DNA of 64,000 nt from Malacoraja senta (lineage: Eukaryota). The position numbers and the translations under genes are program-made. Position 1 is the first letter of the stretch. The number at the start of each line of letters is the position of its first letter. The notes beneath the pieces were generated by a model, which was given only the letters and a program-made list of their open reading frames with translations, did not search any database and was not told where the DNA came from. The stretch is from the NCBI GenBank assembly GCA_038087875.1, contig CM075995.1:1118001-1182000 (forward strand), given 5' to 3'. Below, piece after piece: positions 41,034 to 52,176 of the stretch.

Positions 41034-41228
41034 ACCATAATATTTGTTTGATTAAAGCCAATTTTTAAAAATATACAAATTAGGTAAAATTTAGCTCAAA
41101 GGAGAATATGCCTAACCCAAAGGAGAATATTACAATAGTGAAATTGGAATGCGCCATTCAGTTACTCGAAATCATGTTACTTCGTTGCTAATATCATTAT
41201 TTAAAGAGGCACTTTGCTGACCTGACAG

Positions 41229-42268
41229 TAGGTATGTTACAAAACTTACCTTCAGTCGCGCTGTAATTCTGCCACTGGCCGTGTGCACGATTTTGGCGCC
41301 TTTAAGGGGCGGCGGGGTTAAAACGCGGTTTCTCCTCCCTTGTCCTCAATTATATTTAGTTGGAGTACAAGCGTTGGCTGACAAATCGTTCCTAGTGGCC
41401 TTTTGTGAATTTTTTATTTTTATTAAATCGTCAATGTCAGCGCTAGAGTAATTTTAAAAGCAGCTCCTGAAGCGTCAACGCCGATAACGGGGACGGATTT
41501 CACACACGGGACAGGTAAACGAAAGTGGTTTCTTTAAATGTATAAAAGTGCTTCTTAAGAAGCCTTTAATTCACATTTTTTCATGCGACACGGTGATTTT
41601 ATTCCCCGAATTAACGGCAGTATTTTTCATGCCAATACGGGGTTAAATTCACCGCAAATGAACGTTCCAAAAGATCGCGTTCCAGAAATCCTCACTCACA
41701 AGATGATTTAAATCCCCATTAATTTACAGGTATTAAACATTCAATTCCTTCCATTTGGCCTGTAAATTCATGAAAATTAGATTTAAAAATTATGTTATAT
41801 TGTGAATTATTGTGTGAATGTTATTTGGACACTTAGGCTATTTAAAAATGTTAATCTATTCTTAAGAAATTGATAGATGTTTAGATCTAGTAATTGAATT
41901 TTGTAATTAGCTACAATTAGGTAACTAACTAATTATATGCTTTACTTTCATGTCTTCTAAGTAAGATTGTTTCATATTTGTTTCAGAATGCTTCAATCTA
42001 TAATAACTGAAAATTTCTTTCAGTTATCTTAATTTTTAAGAAAATTATGGGCTTTTAACTGTCCTCGATCACAGCTTTTGTGTTAAGTCAATGGAAAAGC
42101 AATAGGGAACAAGATGCTAATTTCCGAGTATGAAAATGGCCATAACTTCTTTAATACTGAAGATATGAAAGTGAATTAGGTGTCAAATTAAACTTCTTTT
42201 TATGCTTTATCTGATGGGATAAATTGCAGACTTTATTTTTAAAATCTCAAAATTTTGTAACATTGCTA
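41229..42268. mobile_element. Non-autonomous TIR transposon, TAG..CTA ends, 7-bp TSD (hATw-like)
   Basis: ctgacag|taggtatgttacaaaa ... ttttgtaacattgcta|ctgacag; second copy inverted at 48611-50714. Confidence 0.8.
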
Positions 42269-42719
42269 CTGACAGGGCAGCTCCCAACTCATCGCGGGTT
42301 GCTGAACCACTTTCCAAACATGACAGTATGTCTTGGAGTAACTAGTTTAGTATTTTTTCCAGTATTAAGTTGCTGATATTTTCATTTAATGTTTGTCTCA
42401 ATAAAGCAATTTATTAGCAACATTTGTTAAAGGTATGGAATGATGCGTAAATGCCCAGAAACGTGCGCAGAATCGTATCTGTTCATGTTAACACAATTTT
42501 CAACATTGCGGCACTTTTCATTTGTTGCTGTGCAGATGAAATTGTTCATTCGGCATTCAATAGTGGCTCAACAAAGTAGCAAAAAGAGAGCAGCAACGAG
42601 TGGCCGGGTGTCTAAATTACTTAAATATTGCATTTTTCAAAATTTAGTGATCGTGTAGTATCTGTTCTACGAGGTCAAGGGCGAGGATCAAGGACTGTTC
42701 GAAATTGGTTGGTGACCAG

Positions 42720-43908
42720 GAGTGTTTCTAAGCACTATACCTTGCAACAACAACCTGTTTCCACCAGTTTGCTGGCTTTGAGGTGGATCCATGCTGGTTG
42801 GGTAACCAACCTAACACCTCTATCCAGCCAGAATGGTGGCATCAAGTGGAGTGGGAGGACAGGGTATCCACAATAAGTGACCGTGAAGGACCTCAGTGAG
42901 GGGACTCCCTTCTCAAGGGATCGCTTCATCAGGAAGGTTCTGCTGGAGGCCTATAAATTCGGGACTAGGGACTCCTACTGTCTCCACGGCTTCCCGGGTA
43001 AAGGTTACTTTGACATTACCTTCAAGTACCCGAACGGGATGGCAGACGCTGCTGCAAGACTTCCGGGAGAAGGGGAACGAAACTCCGCTGTCGCTGCTGA
43101 AGGTGAAGCCGCCCTTTAGTCTCCCCACCCAGAGGGAATGGATGATCACGGTGCACATGTTTAACCCGCATGTGCCCATCGTGGAGGTCTTCACCCTCCT
43201 TGCTCATTATGCCAGGGGAGCAGGGAACTTGAAGGACTTGTTTGGCATTTGGACAAGCAAACGGCAAGTGAAGGTGAAGCTGAGGGTGGATGGGCAGGGA
43301 GCCATCATCCACCCTCCCTCGGTGTTTGCTATCGAGGGAACCGAGGATATATGACTTATGCAGGGCAACCCAGGGTGTGCAGCAAATGCAACAAACCTGG
43401 GTATGTGGCAGCCCAATGCAGTGCAGTTGTCTGCAAGAACTGCAAGCTGGAGGGCCACAAGACAAAGGACTGCAAAGAGAGTAAGAACTGCAACCTGTGT
43501 GGGGAAGCAGTCCACCTCTTCAGGGCCTGCACTAAAAGAGCCTGCACCTACGCACAGACGATGACGGGCAGTTGGCAACACCCCCAGGGTGGTCGAGATG
43601 CCTCCCACCTCTGCCAAGACCCTAGCTGAAAGGGAGAACAGGAATGATGACAGCCCAACCACCCCCAGACCCCTCTGCAGGAGGGAGAGTCAATGGAAGA
43701 GGGGGAACAGGAGGCACCAGAGGGCTCTGCCCAAAGAGCAGATGAAAAGGGATTCCTCCACCAGATTCCGCCAGGGATGAAAAGGGATTCCTCCACCAGA
43801 CCGATGCCAGCAACCTCTCGTCGGACGATGAGTCGACCTCGAGGAACCGATGACGGAGGCAGAGGAAGATACTGAGCGCGGAGGTCGGAACGGGAGCTGT
43901 GCAGAGGT
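42720..43908 (+). mobile_element. Tx1-like (L1 clade) LINE, 5' part: ORF1 with three zinc knuckles, degenerate
   Basis: GYFDITF, ITVHMFNPHVP, DLFGIWTSKRQVKVKL, YAGQPRVCSKCNKPGYVAAQC, CKNCKLEGHKTKDC and CNLCGEAVHLFRAC; 5' boundary approximate. Confidence 0.82.
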
Positions 43909-44635
43909 TGTTGTGGTTACCGATACTCAAAATTAAGTCAGGCGACGCGGAGAATTCTTCAAGAAGTTCAAACCTTTATTTGCAAATCAAGGCTGGGACA
44001 ATCAAAGAGTCAATTGCATGACTTCCCACTTTCAGACAAAGAACTGCTTTTTATGGCATGTTAAACTCTGTATGTCCCACCCCCGGTACATTTCCATACC
44101 CAGACTTGCAGACATTCCCTTTTCGATAACCAATTACCTGCATCCAGTTTTTCCCTTCCTTCCCATTTATTTTTCATTCCGTAATCCTTATGTAAACCAC
44201 ATGACTTCCCCTTTCTTGGGCCCCCTTATTTCTCTGAGCTAGGGCTTGATACAGAGTTACAAAGGTCATATATCTGTCACAAATGATTTACGCTAAGTGC
44301 TGCGAGAGAAGAACCCAAAGTTTACTCTTCTATCTTGGGTCTCCCTTATCTCTCTCTCTTAGTCATCCCAGCTAGGGATGTTAACAGAGTTAAAGGTCAT
44401 ATAACTGTCACAACTAATTTACGCTAATTGCTGATCTAGCTAATGAGGGAAGAACCCAAAGTTTACACAAGCTTACAAAAAACAGTCAAACCAGAATACA
44501 AGGGACAAAGGCCTTCACATCGAGCACAAACATGCAGAGTTTCCAAAGTTTTAAAATACAAAGAATAATAGTTAAGTATCTCAAATATTACAAGCACCAA
44601 GGATATAAAATACAAAGATACTATACTCCTATATA
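43909..44635 (-). repeat. ERV 3' LTR
   Basis: Starts tgttgtggttacc on +; direct repeat of 58116-58695; minus-strand AATAAA at 43975-43980; internal ~130-bp tandem duplication. Confidence 0.9.
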
Positions 44636-44636
44636 A

Positions 44637-44648
44637 TTCCCCCCTTTG
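44637..44648 (-). promoter_or_regulatory. ERV polypurine tract
   Basis: Minus strand caaaggggggaa immediately before the 3' LTR. Confidence 0.8.
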
Positions 44649-44858
44649 AGACCTAATCGGTCTCACAGAAAAAGAAAACCACAAGCTGCACATATCGGCG
44701 CCGAATCAAACTACAACTAGCCCCCAAAATCAAGGTCCTCATATTTGTAATGTTCAGCCTCACAGTGTTTCTCTGGAATCCTGCGTAACTGGGCCAAAAA
44801 CCCACCCCCATTATGCTGGGGAGGGAAAAAAGACCCAGCTATCCTTACAGACTATTGT

Positions 44859-45497
44859 TCAATATTCCTCTGGTGTGTTTTGCATGTCATCGTAGTATTC
44901 TATCAGCTGGGTCTGCTTATCTAGGAGCCCAGATTCGCCTTTTTCCTGGAGCAACGGAAGCTGTTTTGCAGTGGCTCTTATTAGGAAAGACTTAATACAG
45001 TGTAAAACACAACACAGCACAACAGTAACCACCAGCAGTGCAGCTCCAATAGTCACCCCCAACTTAGCCAACCATGCTCCCCAACATCCTAACATATTTT
45101 TGAGCCAGTCAAAGAATTGATGTCCTAAACCCGCATTCTGCTTAAGCTCTCTTCACAGTTTCTTCAACTTATCCATTGCTTTAATGAAAGACCCCTCCGG
45201 GCTAGTATTGTTAGATAAGAAGGTGCAGCAGTGCTCCCCAAACAGGACACACACACACCCTTTTTCTGCTAATAACCAATCTAGGGCCTGCCTGTTCTGC
45301 CACGCCATCTTACTGGTGGCATCAAGCTGGTGCCCTAGGGGCGATAGTGCATCCTCAGTGTAATTAATAAATCTCTGCTGGTTATAATAAATATAGTTGA
45401 TCCATTCTGTATTTTTTGCAGGTGTGATCCAAATGAGTATTGACTCCAACCCGGCAGTAATTTCACTCCTAGCTTTAAACTCATTGGGGATTCCTCC
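44859..45497 (-). pseudogene. env: ERV env TM subunit (ISD, CX6CC, transmembrane helix)
   Basis: WINYIYYNQQRFIN, QNRQALDWLLAEKG, CVLFGEHCC and hydrophobic LGVTIGAALLVVTVVLCCV; in-frame stop at ~45153. Confidence 0.88.
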
Positions 45498-46439
45498 AAA
45501 TTCCAGTACTCGCAGCCCTGAGGATTTTTCCGATCGATGAAAAATAAAAAAAGTTATGAGTGTTTAAAAAATCTTGAGATCAGCTGATAGGTCTTCTCGC
45601 CTGTCAATCACCACGATGAAGGTAACGCCCCTTCTGGGGGGGGGGGGGGCAGGACTATAAAACCCCGGATGCCTGGACGGGAGTCAGTCACTCTGGTAGA
45701 TCGCGAGGAAGAGTCCACAACCGTGATTCTAAGCTGTGAATCAACTGAACTGTGAATCTGCAATGTACTTGCAATAAATGATTTGTTAGCCCTTAATGAC
45801 AATGCAATGAGTTGTTTGGCAATTTGGAGGCCTGCACTCTGCTTGAAATGCTATGAAATTAAATTTGGTGGCCTACACTCTGCTAGAAATGCTAAGAAAT
45901 TGAATTTGGTGGCCTGCACACTGCTTGAAATGCTATGAAATTGAATTTGGTGGCCTGCCCTCTGAAATGCTATGAACTTGAATTTGGTGGCCTGTACTCT
46001 GCTTGAAATGCTATGAAATTGAATTTGGTGGCCTGCACTCTGCCTGAAATTGAATTTGGTGGCCTGCACTCTGCTTGAAATGGAATTTCAAGGAATAGCC
46101 GTGAGTGAACTGCCAGCCCACCAGCCCTGAGTGACTGAGCTGCCAGCCCACCAGCCCTGAGTGACTGAGCTGCCAGCCCACCAGCCCTGAGTGACTGAGC
46201 TGCCAGTCCACCAGGCCTGAGTAACTGAGCTGCCAGTCCAAGAATCCATTCGGCCCACAATGTCCATACTTGCCCTCTGGAAACCAGTCCCTTCAGCCCA
46301 CAACACCCATACTTGTGCTCCAGAAAGCCCCCCCCCCCACTGTCCACCAATATTGGAATTGATGGAGAGGTGGAATATTGCGTTGGGGGACCAGCCCTCC
46401 CGTGTGAACATGGGACCCAACGGGTTTCACTTAGTCTAG
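45498..46439 (+). mobile_element. Non-autonomous Helitron (3' end intact) inside env, with 41-bp and 30-bp minisatellites
   Basis: Ends gggacccaacgggtttcacttagtCTAG|T, the same hairpin as at 7570; repeats gcttgaaatgctatgaaattgaatttggtggcctgcactct (45825-46085) and gagtgactgagctgccagcccaccagccct (46100-46240). Confidence 0.8.
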
Positions 46440-46750
46440 TGTATAGTTATGAGGATCCGGTGCAGCTAGTGTCTTTCCTGTGGCCTTAGCACATATTATG
46501 CATTGTGGTAATTTCAAAGTCTGTGCCGTGTATCGTGCCCACTTACACCAATCATTCGTGGCAGCTCTGGACCATTCGGCCGAGCTATCGCCGTTCCCTG
46601 CCCCAAGGTCTCTACAGCCTCACACCTGTTCCCCTAACCCTGGTGAGGTGGCGGAGTTACCAGGCCATATCTGCCATGTTGATGGTTTCCAGGTCTGAGT
46701 GGGGAGGGACAGTATTGGCATCCCTCAGCCCGCTCCTCCCCATAGTATTA
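46440..46750 (-). pseudogene. env: ERV env SU N-terminal remnant
   Basis: Minus strand NDWCKWARYTAQTLKLPQCIICAKA with CXXC motif at ~46494-46505. Confidence 0.65.
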
Positions 46751-46965
46751 TAGAAACATAGAAACATAGAAAATAGGTGCAGGAGTAGCCCATTCTGCCC
46801 TTCGAGCCTGCACCGCCATTTGATATGATCATGGCTGATCATCCAACTCAGTATCCCATCCCTGCCTTCTCTCCATACCCCCTGATCCCTTTAGCCACAA
46901 GGGCCACATCTAACTCCCTCTTAAATATAGCCAATGAACTGGCCTCAACTACCTTCTGTGGCAGA
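46750..46965 (-). mobile_element. CR1 3' end nested in the ERV
   Basis: Nearly identical to 10735-10940, with (tagaaaca)n tail. Confidence 0.88.
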
Positions 46966-46988
46966 TCAGGAGGACAATAGTTCACAAA

Positions 46989-48610
46989 TCAGGACAATAG
47001 TTCACGAATACTATCAGGAGCACAATAGCTCACAAACTCATTTACAACAGCTTCAGAGTCACTAGTGTCTCCAAAAACCTCACTTACTATCTGGTTAAAG
47101 CTCTGCTCTCCCCTTACGTCTTTGTCCTCCTGTTCACTTGCCTCAGGATTATTATCGAGCCGTACCTGTGGGACAGCCCTCGTGCAATGATTGAGATGGT
47201 ACCATGTGGATCGACCTACCTGAACAGCGGTGGGCGAGGCCTTAGCCACCGTGAATGGTCCTTCCCTTCTTTGCTCATTCCACTTCCTTCGGAAGGCTCA
47301 TATACAAACCTTGTCTCCGGGTTTAATGGGTCCTTCCTCCGGGTTCTTTTACTTTTCCTGTGCATAAATAGACATGTGTATCATAGTTAACTGTTACATA
47401 TACTGCTTAAGTTCTACCTCTAACTGCTCCAAACTTGGTCCCTTGTAGGGACCTCTCCATTTGGGCGCCGGCATGGATCTGCCAGTGAGCATCTCATGTG
47501 GTGTCAAATGAGTTATTCGATTAGTTTGCATGCGACAGCTCATCAGTACCAATGGCAGGGCATCGATCCAATTCAACTTTGTAGTTGCACAAACCTTATT
47601 TAGCTTAGCCTTCAACGTCCCATTAATTCTTTCCACCATGCCCTGTGACTGAGGGTGGTACATACACCCAAACCTTTGTTTCACTCTCAGGGCCTGTAAC
47701 ACTAATTTGACTATTTTCTGGATAATAGCCGATCCGTTGTCGGACTAATTTCTGTAGATTTACCAAACCTTGGGATTACTTCATTCGTCAGACTTTACTA
47801 CAGTCCCTGCACCTAAATCTTTGGAAGGTACTGCCTCCACCCACCTGCTAAATCTATCGATCGCTACTAGCATGTACCTTTTCCCTCTTACCATCTTTAT
47901 CATATCCACATAGTCGATCACCAGGTGCCTAAATGGCCCTTCGGGCACAGGTATGTGACCTATAGGCGTTGTTATTCCCTTTCTAACATTGTTTTGAGCA
48001 CATACCTCACACTGTGACAAAATGTGGTCTACCGAAGCCTGTAAATAGGGTGACCAGAACCCATTCTTTTTTACCTTATTACTTCCCCCCTTGCGCAATG
48101 GTCTAACCCATGCGCTTCTGAAATAAGAATGGTCAACAATGGTGTGGGTGCTACCAACAATCCTTCATCAGTAGTCCACAGGCCCTCCGAGTTCTGCTTA
48201 GCTCCCCTTTGTCTCTACATTGTTTGCTCTGCTCAGGTTGCCTTACCTTGCATTTCAATTATGTCCTCCTCTGTGTGTTCCAGATCCAAGCTTACCAGAG
48301 GTGCAATAACAGCTGATCGGCATCCAGACGCTGTTCTGGCTGCTTCGACTGCAGTGTGATTCCCCTTTGTGATCATGTAATTTCCCTTCTTATGTGCCTG
48401 GCATTTAATGACAGCTAGTGCCCTAGACTTCATCATTGCCCTGATCAGGTCTGAAATTTGCTGATAATGTTGAATGGGGTCCTCGTTGCTTTTCTTAAAG
48501 CCTCTCTGTTTCCATACTGCCCCAAACAAACAAGAGACCCCGTGTGCATATGCTTAATCTGTATAAACATCAACTTTCTCACCTTCCATCATTTCTCATG
48601 CTGCTATTAA
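46989..48610 (-). pseudogene. pol: ERV pol: RNase H C-terminus and integrase
   Basis: AVIKCQAH, CEVC zinc finger, GPFRHLVIDYVDM, IDRFSRWVEAVP, YHPQSQGMVERING and WYHLNHC. Confidence 0.92.
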
Positions 48611-49022
48611 TAGCAATGTTACAAAATTTTGAGATTTTAAAAATCAAGTCTGCTATTTATCCCATCAGATAAAGCATAAAAGAAGTTTAATTTGACACCT
48701 AATTCATTTTCATATCTTCAGTATTAAAAAAGTTATGGCCATTTTCATACTCAGAAATTAGCATCTTGTTCCCTATTGCTTTTCCATTGACTTAACTCAA
48801 AAGCTGTGATCGAGGACAGTCAAAAGCCCATAACTTTCTTAAAAATGAAATTTTCAGTTATTATAGTTGAAGCATTCTGAAACAAATATGAAACAATCTT
48901 ACTTGGATGACCTGAAATTAAAGCATATAATTAATTAGTTACCTAATTGTAGCTAATTACAAAATTCAATTACTAGATCTAAACATCTATCCATTTCTTA
49001 AGAAAAGGTTTTTAAATAGCAT

Positions 49023-49760
49023 GTGTTCTGTACAAAAATTCAAAAATTTTGGAATGAAATTTTTGAAATCTTTACAAAGTTATTTAAAACAAGACTGATA
49101 CCCAAAGCAGAATGGATTATCTTCGGTATAACGGAAGATGGTCCAGAACTAAATGTGTTTCAAAAGAAACTAATGGACTATGGGTTAATAACTGGAAAAA
49201 AGCTAATTCTAAAATTTTGGAAGAAGGCTCCAATACCAACTATAAATATGTGGATTTCAAATATGTTTGAAACATTACACCTAGAAGAGATAAGACTCCT
49301 CCTAGCAGGTAAACCAGATCACTTCCACCTGACGTGGTCTGCATTTATAGAATTATTACAAACATAGGGTGCAAAAGTACTTAAAAAAAAAAAATTGAGG
49401 TCAGGTAAGGGGGGATGATAGTTGAAGAGTTGGTATGTCCCATTTACGTAATGCTCATAAAAATATTTGTTTCTCTCTTTTTCCTCTTTCTCTTTCTCTT
49501 TCTCTCCTAGGGTCTATTTCTTAACTCTTTTTCTTTTGTTTTTAATTTTGCTCATATAGGGTCTTCGTCCTTTTTTGTTGTCACATTTCCTACACTTTCA
49601 CTTTTTCCTTCACTTTCTTCTTTCTTTCAATCTTTTCCTTTTCTAGTGTAAAAATAAATGGAGTACATTAATTGTAAGAAGATATAAATGACGAGTACTA
49701 ATGTATGTGGTTGTAATGTAATGTACTTCTAATAAATAAAAATTAAAAAAAATATTAAAA
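49023..49760 (+). mobile_element. 5'-truncated L1 (ORF2 C-terminus, 3' UTR, A-rich tail)
   Basis: ORF 49023-49367 CTKIQKFW...KKLILKFWK; TSD aaatagcat at 49014-49022 and 49761-49769 at a TT/AAA site. Confidence 0.85.
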
Positions 49761-49773
49761 AAATAGCATAAGT

Positions 49774-50121
49774 AAAGTAAAAGTAAAGTAAGTTTATTTA
49801 TATAGCGCCTTTCAATCAGATTACTGAAACCAAAGCGCTTCACAGACAATTAACCATATAAATAAAAATAAAAAGGTAGAATAAAAAAGACACGACACAC
49901 TATTTAGAGATTCAACATGAACATCCCGCCACAGCAGAGTCGACACTCTCCACTGTGAGGGAAAGGCACCAAAATGTCCAGTCCTCCTCCCAGTCCACCC
50001 GAGATCGGGGCCAGTCCGAGGGCTCCGCAGCCAGTCGCCGCAACGGCAGCCCGATGTTGTAGACCCACCCGCCGGGAAGCTGGAACACCGGCATCGGGTT
50101 GAAAGTCCTCAGCGGCCTTGG
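49774..50121 (-). mobile_element. Non-autonomous retroposon with L2-like tail
   Basis: Minus tail ggcgctatataaataaacttactttac; flanked by aagt; the host transposon resumes at aagtgtccaaataac. Confidence 0.6.
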
Positions 50122-50714
50122 AAGTGTCCAAATAACATTCACACAAGAATTCACAATATAACATGATTTTTAAATCTCGTCATGAATTTATAGGCCAAAT
50201 GGAAGGAATTTAGTGTTTAATTCCCGTAAATTAATGGCCATTTAAATCATCTTGCGAGTGAGATTTTGTGGAACGCGATCGTTTGGAACGTTGCGGTTGC
50301 GGTCAATTTAAACCCCATATCGGCAGGAAAAACACTGCCGGTTCGTATGGGGCCTTAATCACATTTTCACCAATTAAATTTTGATTAAAGTAATCCTAAG
50401 CAGCAAGTTAATATGTAAAATAAACTACTTACCTTATGTTTTGTCCCCTACGTGAGATCCGTCCCATTGTCAGCGTTGACGGAAGTAGAAGTCGATTTTT
50501 ATTTTACTCCAGCGATTAAATTGTCCAGCGTTTAAAAAAAAAAACTTCCGAGAACGGCAGTCGGAACGATTTTTCAGCATCAGGTAGTAGCCCGAGAAAA
50601 TATATCTCGGACAGGCAGGAGAAAACGCCCCCCCCCCTCAAAGGCGCCAAAGTCGCGCACACGGCCAGTGACAGAACTGCAGCGCCGCTGATGGTAAGTT
50701 TTGTAACATATCTA

Positions 50715-51243
50715 CTATTCAACTGGGCTGAGCAAGGTTGCAGGCAAGCTTCCAATTTGATTATCTTAAACCCTGATTGGTCCTGTTGCACCACTGCAAA
50801 CCCTGCATGATTGCCATTATGATCCCTATAACAAGAACCATCCACAAACAAGACCTTTTTGTCCTCATCATTCAATGGCTCTGTAAATCTGCTCTCAACT
50901 TAAAAAAGACCATCGTTTTTCCTGCACAATCATGGGGCTCTCCCTCATGACCAAGCGGGACATAATCAGCCATATTACTTGTGGTACACCTTTGTATAGT
51001 AATATCTGGAAATGTCAACAACATCTGAAACGCTGTTATCCTGGTCGGTGTTAACACAAATTTTCCCTTCTCCAACAGTTCTGCTACCTTATGGTGTGTG
51101 TGTATATGATCACGGGATAGCCCATGGTCACAGACGATGCTTTTTCATATGCATAGTACAATGCGGCCAATCCCTGATAGCAGGGTGGGAATCCCTGAGC
51201 TACCTCATCTAATTTTGTACTGTAATATGCTATAGGTTGCTTT
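50715..51243 (-). pseudogene. pol: ERV pol: RT connection and RNase H N-terminus
   Basis: QPIAYYSTKLD, EPHDC, LFVDGSCYRD, HAGFAVV and CSAQL. Confidence 0.88.
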
Positions 51244-52176
51244 GCTTTACCTATGCCCGGTCCCTGTGTCAGTACTGCTGCAGTGTAACCCTCCTGCCTG
51301 TTCCTCTTCTTCTACCTGTATGTCTTCCCATTCCAATTCTTCATGGAGTGCCTTATTTCTCATTCTAAACTCTATTTCTTGCTTCTCAGATATTCTAGCC
51401 TTCCTTTGCGATTCCTTCACCTTTCTTTTAAAATCTTCCACTAAATCCTCATCCCTTATTTCCCTCGCATCCCCCCTATCGCTTCCCGATTATGTTTCCT
51501 CCTCACTGCCTTGCCCTCCTTTCAGTGACCACTTGTCCATCACTTTCCAATCCTGTCTATCACTTTCCTCTATCCCCCCTTCTGCTGAATCGGTTGCCTC
51601 AAAATCCTTCTGGTTCCTCAGGTCCTGCAACCTCCTGATATCCACTTCTAATTCCCTTATTTCCTTCTCAACGTCCCAAATTGCAACCTCTCCTTCTATC
51701 TCCACTATTCCCTTTACCAAGGGACACTGCTTTGCACCGTCTGGGCCTGAATAGGGAGGGGGATGCCCAGGGTCTCTCAAGCTTGGATATAAGGTCGACT
51801 TTTTCCCTTGGAATTTCTGGCTCTCATGCTGCTTTTCGGTTCTCTCACTCTCTTCTTTTGTCATATTTATCACCTGGTATACTTTCCTCAACCTCTCTCC
51901 TTCCGCTTTACGTCTAGCTCCTTTTCTCTCTTCTTTTTTTGTGTTTCCAACTTCTCTTTGGGCCTATAATTCTTAATTAACGCTTCCATCTTGTCACACA
52001 TATTTATATCGAAAGTGCCTTCCTTGGGCCACTTCGTCATTAGTTTTTCCGTTCATTTTTCCCCATTGCTCAGAGTGCTTTATAATGTCTTCTTTAGATA
52101 CAGGGAACTTTTTACTTAGTAGTTCAACTGCAGTTACCTTACTCATTGTATTATCTTCTTCAGTGCACTTTATCAA
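51244..52176 (-). pseudogene. gag: ERV gag N-terminal half (MA and late domain), truncated
   Basis: MSKVTAVELL..., KWPKEGTFD across a frameshift, LYPSL, PPPY and charged coiled coil; fused directly to the RT connection. Confidence 0.75.

Larger units (their letters stand above)
48611..50714. mobile_element. Second copy of the TAG..CTA TIR transposon, inserted in ERV RNase H
   Basis: ctattaa|tagcaatgttacaaaattttg ... gttttgtaacatatcta|ctattca; inverted homolog of 41229-42268. Confidence 0.82.

Noticed and set aside
25300..42700. Exons of the expected neighbour GNA14 or another host gene
   Set aside because: No G-alpha or other recognisable coding exon seen; short ORFs there are AT-rich noise or old repeat debris (e.g. 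26570-26760 and 27770-28250).
45825..46240. CRISPR-like repeat arrays (also 16530-16832 and 19672-19957)
   Set aside because: Contiguous tandem units without unique spacers, no cas genes, vertebrate context.
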